Origin: Eledone cirrhosa
Taxonomy: Eukaryota
Length of the DNA stretch: 64,000 nucleotides
Reading direction: 5' to 3'
Assembly: GCA_964016885.1 (NCBI GenBank)
Contig: OZ024741.1
Coordinates: 261,206,001-261,270,000, forward strand
The position numbers and the translations under genes were made by a program. Below are positions 54,807-64,000 of the stretch, piece by piece. Position 1 is the first letter of the stretch; every line of letters begins with the position of its first letter. The notes below the pieces were generated by a model. That model was not told the origin of the DNA. It did not search any database and was given only the letters and a program-made list of their open reading frames with translations.

Positions 54807-56972
54807 TGTTATGCACATAAAATTCAACCTTTTGATCTGGTGTTTTGACTTACGAGTGTTTCGATACGAGTGTTTCGACTTACGAGTGTTCTGACTTACG
54901 AGTGTTCTGACTTACGAGCGTTCTGACTTACGAGTGTTCCGACTTACGTGTGTTTCGGCTTACGAGTGTTTCGACTTACGAGTGTTCTGACTTACGAGTG
55001 TTTCGACTTACGAGCGTTCCGACTTACGAGTGTTTCGGCTTACGAGTGTTCCGACTTACGAGTGTTTCGAATTACGAGTGTTTCGGCTTACGAGTGTTTC
55101 GACTTACGAGTGTTCTGACTTACGAGTGTTCCGACTTACGAGCGTTCCGACTTACGAGTGTTAAGACTTACGAGTGTTAAGACTTACGGGTGTTTTGACA
55201 TACGAGTGTTTCGATACGAGTGTTTCGATTTACGAGTGTTACGAGTGTTCTGACTTACGAGTGTTTCGACTTACGAGTGTTTTGACTTACGGGTGTTTCG
55301 ACTTACGAGTGTTTCGACTTACGAGTGTTTCGAGTTACGAGTGTTTCGACTTACGAGTGTTTTGACTTACGGGTGTTTCGAGTTACGAGTGCTTCGACTT
55401 ACGAGTGTTTAAACTTACGGGTGTTTCGACTTACACGTGTTTCGACTTGCGAGTGTTTCGACTTACGAGTATTTCGACTTACGAGTGTTTCGACTTACGA
55501 GTGTTCTGACTTACGGGTGTTCCGACTTACGAGTGTTTCGGCTTACGATTATTTTGACTTACGATTGTTTGGCCTACGAATGTTTCGACTTACGAGTGTT
55601 TCGACTTACGAGTGTTTTGACTTACGGGTGTTTTGACATACGAGTGTTTCGATACGAGTGTTCTGACTTACGAGTGTTCTGACTTACGAGTGTTCTGACT
55701 TACGGGTGTTCTGACTTACGAGTGTTCTGACTTACGAGTGTTCCGACTTACGAGTGTTTCGGCTTATGAGGGTTTCGACTTACGAGTGCTTCGGCTTACG
55801 AGTGTTTCGACTTACGAGTGTTTTGGCTTACGAGTGTTTCGGCTTACGAGTGTTTCGACTTACGAGTGTTTCGACTTACGAGTGTTTTGACTTACGGTGT
55901 TTCGGCTTACGAGTGTTTCGACATACGAGTGTTTTGACGTACGGGTGTTTCGACTTACGGGTGTTTCGACTTAAGAGTGTTTTGACTTACGAGCGCTTCG
56001 ACTTACGAGTGTTTCGACTTACGAGTGTTTCGGCGTACGAGTGTTTCGACTTACGAGTGTTTCGACTTACGAGTGTTTCGACTTACGAGTGTTTCGACTT
56101 ACGAGTGTTTCGACTTACGAGTGTTTTGATTTACGAGTGTTTTGACTAACGGTGTTTCTGCTTACGAGTGTTTCGACTTACGAGTGTTATGACTTACGTG
56201 TGTTTTGACATACGAGTGTTTCGATACGAGTGTTTCGACTTACGAGTGTTACGAGTGTTCTGACTTACGAGTGTTTCGACTTACGAGTGTTCTGACCTAC
56301 GAGTGTTCTGACTTACGAGTGTTTTGAGTTACGAGTGTTCCGACTTACGAGTGTTTTTACTTACGAATGTTCTGAATTACTGGTTTTTCGGCTTACGAGT
56401 GTTTCGACTTACGAGTGTTTTAACTTACGGGTGTTTCTACTTACGCGTGTTTCGACTTGCAAGTGTTTCGACTTACGAGTGTTTCGACTTGCAAGTGTTT
56501 CGACTTACGAGTGTTTCGACTACGAATGTTCCGACTTACGAGTGTTTCGACTTACGAGTGTTTCGACTTACGAGTGTTCTGACTTACGGGTGTTCCGACT
56601 TACGAGTGTTTCGGCTTACGATTGTTTTGACTTACGATTGTTTTGGCTTACGAATGTTTCGACTTACGAGTGTTTCGACTTACGAGTGTTTTGACTTACG
56701 ATTGTTTTGACTTACGGGTGTTTTGACATACGAGTGTTTTGACTTACGAATGTTTTGGCTTACGAGTGTTTCGGCTTACGAGTGTTTCGAATTACGAGTG
56801 TTTCGACTTACGAGTGTTTTGACTTACGGTGTTTCGGCTTACGAGTGTTTCGACTTACGAGGGTTTTAACTTACGGGTGTTTCGACTTACGCGTGTTTCG
56901 ACTTACGAATGTTCCGACTTACGAGTGTTTCGACTTACGAGTGTTTCGGCTTACGAGTGTTTCGACTTACGA

Positions 56973-57049
56973 AAATAACAAGTAGACGCGGTTTCAAATA
57001 TCTATGCTTTTCAAATTCATTACATTAATCTTTATTTATACGTTTCGCT
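56973..57049 (+). repeat. 77-bp linker, copy 12 (haplotype A)
   Basis: Direct match to copy 1. Confidence 0.97.
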
Positions 57050-60000
57050 TTACGAGTGTTTGTCGTACGAGTGTTTCGACTTACGAGTGTTTTGACTTAC
57101 GTGTGTTTCGGCTTACGAGTGTTTTGACTTACGAGTGTTTTGACTTACGGGTGTTTCGGCTTACGAGTGTTTCGACTTACGAGTATTCTGACTTACGAGT
57201 GTTCCGACTTACGAGCGTTCCGACTTACGAGTGTTTCGGCTTACGAGTGTTCCGACTTACGAGTGTTTCGACTTACGAGTGTTTTGACTTACGGTGTTTC
57301 GGCTTACGAGTGTTTTGACTTACGAGTGTTTTGACTTACGGGTGTTTTGACATACGAGTGTTTCGATACGAGTGTTCTGACTTACGGGTGTTCTGACTTA
57401 CGAGTGTTCTGACTTACGAGTGGTCTGACTTACTGGTGTTCTTACTTACGAGTGTTCCGACTTACGAGTGTTTCAGCTTATGAGTGTTTCGACTTACGAG
57501 TGCTTCGGTTTACGAGTGTTTCGACTTACGAGTGTTTCGGCATACGAGTGTTTCGACTTACGAATGTTTTGGCTTACGAGTGTTCTGACTTACGAGTGTT
57601 CCGACTTACGACTGTTTCGACTTACGAGTGTTTCGACTTACGAGTATTCTGACTTACGAGTGTTTCGACTTACGAGTGTTTTGAATTACCATTGTTTTGG
57701 CTTACGAGTGTTTCGACTTACGAGTATTTCGACTTACGAGTTTTTTTACTTACGGTGTTTCGGCTTACGAGTGTTTCGACTTACGAGTGTTTTGACTTAC
57801 GGGTGTTTTGACATACGAGTGTTTCGATACGAGTGCTCTGACTTACGAGTGTTCTGACTTACGAGTGTTCTGACTTACGAGTGTTCTGATTTACGGGTGT
57901 TCTGACTTACGTGTTCCGACTTACGAGTGTTTCGGTTATGGGTGTTTCGACTTACGAGTGTTTCGACTTACGAATGTTTTGGCTTATGAGTGTTTCGGCT
58001 TACGGGTGTTTCGACTTACGAGTGTTTCGACTTACGAGTGTTTTGACTTACGGTGTTTCGGCTTACGATTTTATCGACATACGAGTGTTTCGACTTACGG
58101 GTGTTTCGACTTACGGGTGTTTCGACTTACGAGTGTTTCGACTTATGAGTGTTTCGACTTACGAGTGTTCTGACTTACGAGTGTTCTGACTTACGAGTGT
58201 TCCGACTTACGAGTGTTTCGGTTTACGAGTGTTTCGACATACTAGTGTTTTGACTTACGGGTGTTTCGACTTACGGGTGTTTCGACTTACGAGTGTTTCG
58301 GCTTACGAGTGTTTCGACTTACTAATGTTTTTACTTACGAGTGTTTCGGTGTACGAGTGTTTCGACTTAAGGATGTTTCGACTTGCGAGTGTTTCGACTT
58401 ACGTGTGTTTCGGCTTACGTGAGTTTCGACTTAAGAGTGTTCTGATTTACGAGTGTTCTGACTTGCGGGTGTTCTGATTTACGAGTGTTCCGACTTACGA
58501 GTGTTTCGGCTTATGAGTGTTTCGACTTACGAGTGTTTCGGCTTACGAGTGTTTCGACTTATGGGTGTTTCGACTTACGAGTGTTTTTACTTACGGTGTT
58601 TCGGCTTACGAGTGTTTCGACATACGAGTGTTCAGACTTACGAGTGTTCCGACTTACGAGCGTTCCGACTTACAAGTGTTTCGATTACGAGTGTTAAGAC
58701 TTACGGGTGTTTTGACATACGAGTGTTTCGATACGTGTGTTTCGACTTACGAGTGTTACGAGTGTTCTGACTTACGAGTGTTCTGACTTACGAGTGTTCT
58801 GACTTACGAGTGTTCTGACTTACGAGTGTTCTGACTTACGAGTGTTCTGACTTACGAGCGTTCTGACTTACGAGTGTTCCGACTTACGAGTGTTTCGGCT
58901 TACGAGTGTTTTGACTTACGAGTGTTCTGACTTACGAGTGTTCCGACTTACGAGCGTTCCGACTTACGAGTGTTTCGGCTTACAAGTGTTCCGACTTACG
59001 AGTGTTTCGACTTACGAGTGTTTTGACTTACGGTGTTTCTGCTTACGAGTGTTTCGACTTACGAGTGTTAAGACTTACGGGTGTTTTGACATACGAGTGT
59101 TTCGATACGAGTGTTTCGACTTACGAGTGTTACGAGTGTTCTGACTTACGAGTGTTTCGACTTACGATTGTTTTTTCACTTACGGGTGTTTCGACTTACG
59201 CGTGTTTCGACTTAAGGATGTTTCGACTTGCGAGTGTTTCGACTTACGTGTGTTTCGGCTTACGTGAGTTTCGACTTAAGAGTGTTCTTATTTACGAGTG
59301 TTCTGACTTGCGGGTGTTCTGATTTACGAGTGTTCCGACTTACGAGTGTTTCGACTTACGAGTGTTTCGACTTACGGGTGTTCCGACTTACGAGTGTTTC
59401 GGCTTACGATTGTTTCGACTTACGAGTGTTTCGGTTTACGAGTGTTTCGACTTACGGGTGTTTTGACTTACGATTGTTTGGGCTTACGAATGTTTCGACT
59501 TACGAGTGTTTCGACTTTCGAGTGTTTTGACTTACGGTGTTTCGGCTTACGAGTGTTTTGACTTACGAGTGTTTTGACTTACGGGTGTTTTGACATACGA
59601 GTGTTTCGATACGAGTGTTCTGACTTACGAGTGTTCTGAGTTACGAGTGTTCTGACTTACGAGTGTTCTGACTTACGAGTGGTCTGACTTACGGGTGTTC
59701 TGACTTACGAGTGTTCCGACTTACGAGTGTTTCAGCTTATGAGTGTTTCGACTTACGAGTGCTTCGGTTTACGAGTGTTTCGACTTACGAGTGTTTCGGC
59801 TTACGAGTGTTTCGACTTACGAATGTTTTGGCTTACGAGTGTTTCGGCTTACGAGTGTTTCGGCTTATGAGTGTTTCGACTTACGAGTGTTTTGACTTAT
59901 GGTGTTTCGGCTTACGAGTGTTTCGACATACGAGTGTTTTGACTTACGGGGGTTTCGACTTACGGGTGTTTCGACGTAAGAGTGTTTCGACTTACGTCGC

Positions 60001-60502
60001 TTCGACTTACGAGTGTTTCGACTTACGAGTGTTTCGGCGTACGAGTGTTTTAACTTACGAGTGTTTCGACTTACGAGGGCTTTGACTTACGAATGTTTTG
60101 AATTACTTCGACTTACGAGTGATCTGACTTACGAGTGTTCCTACTTACGAGTGTTTCGACTTACGAGTGTTTCGACTTGCGAGTGTTTCGACTTACGAGT
60201 GTTTCGACTTACGAGTGTTCTGACTTACGAGTGTTCTGACTTACGAGTGTTCTGACTTAGGAGTGTTCCGACTTACGAATGTTTCGACTTACGAGTGTTT
60301 TGACTTACGAATGTTCTGACTTACGGGTGTTTCGCCTTACGAGTGTTTCGACTTACGAGTGTTTTAACTTACGGGTGTTTCGACTTACGCGTGTTTCGAC
60401 TTACAAGTGTTTCGACTTACGAGTGTTTCGACTTACGAATGTTCCGACTTACGAGTGTTTCGACTTACGAGTGTTTCGGCTTACGAGTGTTTCGACTTAC
60501 GA

Positions 60503-60579
60503 AAATAACAAGTAGACGCGGTTTCAAATATCTATGCTTTTCAAATTCATTACATTAATCTTTATTTATACGTTTCGCT
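60503..60579 (+). repeat. 77-bp linker, copy 13 (haplotype A)
   Basis: Direct match to copy 1. Confidence 0.97.
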
Positions 60580-61138
60580 TTACGAGTGTTTCGGCGTACG
60601 AGTGTTTCGACTTACGAGTGTTTTAACTTACGGTTGTTTCGACTTACGCGTTTTTCGACTACGAATGTTCCGACTTACGAGTGTTTCGACTTACGAGTGT
60701 TTCGACTTACGAGTGCTTTGACTTACGAATGTTTTGACTTACTTCGACTTACGAGTGATCTGACTTACGAGTGTTCCTATTTACGAGTGTTTCGACTTAC
60801 GAGTGTTTCGACTTGCGAGTGTTTCGACTTACGAGTGTTTCGACTTACGAGTGTTCTGACTTACGAGTGTTCTGACTTACGAGTGTTCTGACTTACGAGT
60901 GTTCCGACTTACGAATGTTTCGACTTACGAGTGTTTTGACTTACGAATGTTCTGACTTACGGGTGTTTCGCCTTACGAGTGTTTCGACTTACGAGTGTTT
61001 TAACTTACGGGTGTTTCGACTTACGCGTGTTTCGACTTACGAGTGTTTCGACTTACGAGTGTTTCGACTTACGAATGTTCCGACTTACGAGTGTTTCGAC
61101 TTACGAGTGTTTCGGCTTACGAGTGTTTCGACTTACGA

Positions 61139-61215
61139 AAATAACAAGTAGACGCGGTTTCAAATATCTATGCTTTTCAAATTCATTACATTAATCTTTA
61201 TTTATACGTTTCGCT
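61139..61215 (+). repeat. 77-bp linker, copy 14 (haplotype A)
   Basis: Direct match; offset 636 from copy 13. Confidence 0.97.
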
Positions 61216-61566
61216 TTACGAGTGTTTCGGCGTACGAGTGTTTCGACTTACGAGTGTTTTAACTTACGGTTGTTTCGACTTACGCGTTTTTCGACTACGA
61301 ATGTTCCGACTTACGAGTGTTTCGACTTACGAGTGTTTCGACTTACGAGTGCTTTGACTTACGAATGTTTTGACTTACTTCGACTTACGAGTGATCTGAC
61401 TTACGAGTGTTCCTACTTACGAGTGTTTCGACTTACGAGTGTTTCGACTTGTGAGTGTTTCGACTTACGAGTGTTTCGACTTACGAGTGTTTCGACTTAC
61501 GAATGTTCCGACTTACGAGTGTTTCGACTTACGAGTGTTTCGGCTTACGAGTGTTTCGACTTACGA

Positions 61567-61643
61567 AAATAACAAGTAGACGCGGTTTCAAATATCTATG
61601 CTTTTCAAATTCATTACATTAATCTTTATTTATACGTTTCGCT
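61567..61643 (+). repeat. 77-bp linker, copy 15 (haplotype A)
   Basis: Direct match; offset 428 from copy 14. Confidence 0.97.
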
Positions 61644-64000
61644 TTACGAGTGTTTCGGCGTACGAGTGTTTCGACTTACGAGTGTTTTAACTTACGGTTG
61701 TTTCGACTTACGCGTTTTTCGACTACGAATGTTCCGACTTACGAGTGTTTCGACTTACGAGTGTTTCGACTTACGAGTGCTTTGACTTACGAATGTTTTG
61801 ACTTACTTCGACTTACGAGTGATCTGACTTACGAGTGTTCCTACTTACGAGTGTTTCGACTTACGAGTGTTTCGACTTGCGAGTGTTTCGACTTACGAGT
61901 GTTTCTGCTTACGAGTGTTTCGGTGTTTCGGCTTACGTGTGTTTCGACTTACGAGTGTTTCGACTTACGAGTGTTTCGGCTTATGAGTGTTTCGACTTAC
62001 GAGTGCTTCGGCTTACGAGTGTTTCGACTTACGAGTATTTCGGCTTACGAGTGTTTCGACGTACGAATGTTTTGGCTTACGAGTGTTTCGGCTTATGAGT
62101 ATTTCGGCTTACGAGTGTTTCGACTTACGAGTGTTTCGGCTTACGAGTGTTTCAGTGTTTCGGCTTACGTGTGTTTCGACTTACGAGTGTTTCGACTTAC
62201 GACTGTTTCGGCTTACGAGTGTTTCGGCTTACGAGTGTTTCGGCTTACGAGTGTTTTGACTTACGAGTGTTTTGACTTACGATTGTTTGGCTTACGAGTG
62301 TTCTGACTTACGGGTGTTCTGACTTACGAGTGTTCCGACTTACGAGTGTTTCGGCTTATGAGGGTTTCGACTTACGAGTGCTTCGGCTTACGAGTGTTTC
62401 GACTTACGAGTGTTTCGGCTTACGAGTGTTTCGACTTACGAGTGTTTCGACTTACGAGTGTTTTGACTTACGGTGTTTCGGCTTACGAGTATTTCGACAT
62501 ACGAGTGTTTTGACGTACGGGTGTTTCGACTTACGGGTCTTTCGACTTAAGAGTGTTTCGACATACGAGCGATTCGACTTACGAGTGTTTCGACTTACGA
62601 GTGTTTCGGCGTATGAGTGTTTTGACTTACGAGTGTTTCGACTTACGAGTGTTTCGACTTACGAGTGTTTTGACTTACGGTGTTTCTGCTTACGAGTGTT
62701 TCGACTTACGAGTGTTATGACTTACGGGTGTTTTGACATACGAGTGTTTCGACTTACGAGTGTTCTGACTTACGGGTGTTTTGACATACGAGTGTTTCGA
62801 TACGAGTGTTCTGACTTACGAGTGTTCTGACTTACGAGTGTTCTGACTTAGAGTGTTTCGACATACGAGTGTTTTGACTTACGGGTGTTTCGACTTACGA
62901 GTGTTTTGACTTACGAATGTTTTGACTTACGGGTGTTTCGGCTTACGAGTGTTTCGACTTACGAGTGTTTCGGCTTACGAGTGTTTCGACTTACTAATGT
63001 TTTTAAAACGAGTGTTTCGGCGTACGAGAGTTTTGACTTACGAGTGTTTCGACTTACGAGTGTTTCGACTTACGAGTATTTTGACTTACGAATGTTTTGA
63101 CTTACGGGTGTTTCGGCTTACGAGTGTTTCGACTTACTAATGTTTTTACTTACGAGTGTTTCGGCGTACGAGTGTTTCGGCTTACGAGTGTTTCGACTTA
63201 CGGTTGTTTTGACTTACGGGTGTTTCGGCTTACGAGTGTTTTGACTTACGAGTGTTTTGACTTAAGGGTGTTTCGACTTACGAGTATTTTTGGCTTACGA
63301 GTGTTTCGACTTACGAGTGTTTTGACTTACGAGTGTTCTGATTTACGGATGTTTCGACATACGAGTGTTTCGACTTACGAGTGTTTCGACTTATGAGTGT
63401 TTCGACTTACGAGTGTTTCGACTTACGAGTGTTTCGGCTTATGATTGTTTCGACTTACGAGTGTTTTGACTTACGGTGTTTCAGCTTACGAGTGTTTCGA
63501 CTTACGAGTGTTTTGACTTACGGGTGTTTTGACATACGAGTGTTTCGATACGAGTGTTCTGACTTACGAGTGTTCTGACTTACGAGTGTTTTGACTTACG
63601 AGTGTTCTGACTTACGAGTGTTCCGACTTACGAGTGTTCCGACTTACGAGTGTTTCGGCTTACGAGTGTTTCCGGCTTACGAGTGTTTCGACTTACGAGT
63701 GTTTTGACTTACGGTGTTTCGGCTTACGAGTGTTTTGACTTACGAGTGTTTTGACTTAAGGGTGTTTTGACATACGAGTGTTTCGATACGAGTGTTCTGA
63801 CTTACGGGTGTTCTGACTTACGAGTGTTCTGACTTACGAGTGGTCTGACTTACGGGTGTTCTTACTTACGAGTGTTCCGACTTACGAGTGTTTCAGCTTA
63901 TGAGTGTTTCGACTTACGAGTGCTTCGGTTTACGAGTGTTTCGACTTACGAGTGTTTCGGCATACGAGTGTTTCGACTTACGAATGTTTTGGCTTACGAG

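Larger units (their letters stand above)
54025..54838. other. Single ~815-bp non-satellite AT-rich island inside the array
   Basis: The 16-mer is abruptly lost after ..TTTCGGCTTA and returns at GGTGTTTTGAC; this sequence does not occur elsewhere in the window. Confidence 0.97.
54275..54838 (+). mobile_element. Probable non-autonomous rolling-circle (Helitron/Helentron, DINE-1/HINE-like) element fragment
   Basis: CTAG at 54275 and 54284, hairpin at 54285-54319, then TCTATATATATAAAA followed by a GTCT/GT microsatellite and an AACTCGAGAACCACCCAACCGA..TTTTCAAACTTTACAC block. Internal tandem repeats, no TSD, no coding capacity. The family call is by resemblance of architecture only. Confidence 0.6.
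60060..61900 (+). repeat. Local triplication around the linker with 636- and 428-bp periods
   Basis: 60279/60915, 60586/61222/61650; three haplotype-A linkers. Confidence 0.92.
54839..64000 (+). repeat. 16-bp satellite array, right block, same orientation; continues off the window end
   Basis: The same monomer and variant set resumes at GGTGTTTTGACTTACG after the island. Contains 4 linker copies. Confidence 0.99.

Noticed and set aside
54663-54848. 61-aa ORF in the island (MSGCLHYVTS..)
   Set aside because: It is short, runs through a GT microsatellite and a duplicated non-coding block, and shows no Rep/helicase or other recognisable motif.
966-61643. CRISPR-like array or a repeat-spacer memory system
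   Set aside because: There are no unique spacers: the linkers are identical and the intervening DNA is tandem monomer. No cas or any other gene is present.
221-63578. Hundreds of + strand ORFs with repeating FRLTSVSTYECFDLRV peptides (up to 264 aa)
   Set aside because: They are an arithmetic consequence of a 16-bp unit: the 48-bp trimer has no stop on +, while the - strand has TAA in every monomer. The ORFs overlap in all three frames, frameshifting 14-, 15- and 17-bp monomers are common, and TGA-creating variants are freely tolerated.
1-64000. Telomeric or telomerase-made repeat (G/T-rich strand; TTACGGG and occasional TTAGG resemble TTAGGG/TTAGG)
   Set aside because: The consensus lacks a G-run, variants are inherited in kb-scale duplicated blocks rather than re-templated, and I recognise no matching telomere unit. 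A subtelomeric location cannot be excluded.
1-64000. Whole window as a sequencing or synthetic artefact
   Set aside because: Rare variants recur in consistent, hierarchically related contexts, and a transposon-like island is embedded. This matches an evolved satellite, though individual duplications still need read support.

Overview
About 97% of this window is one head-to-tail, single-orientation tandem satellite array. The consensus monomer is 16 bp, GACTTACGAGTGTTTC (7/16 G+C, two CpG per monomer). No credible protein-coding gene, RNA gene or CRISPR array is present. Almost all listed ORFs are read-through of the 16-mer, whose 48-bp trimer is stop-free on the + strand only. Three kinds of structure sit on top of the monomer. 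(1) There are 15 near-identical copies of a 77-bp AT-rich linker, always at the same monomer position and in three haplotypes. (2) Variant monomers are ordered into recurring modules and nested duplications, with offsets from about 0.4 kb to about 55 kb. (3) A single ~815-bp non-satellite island at 54025-54838 carries a 16-bp-stem hairpin, CTAG and TC motifs, GTCT/GT microsatellites and internal duplications, resembling a non-autonomous Helitron/Helentron fragment. The best interpretation (inference) is eukaryotic, probably invertebrate, heterochromatic or (peri)centromeric satellite DNA, possibly derived from a pogo/Tigger-type terminal motif. I see no evidence for a new gene-encoded system; the novelty lies in the repeat architecture. 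Duplication boundaries and counts were read by eye and are approximate.
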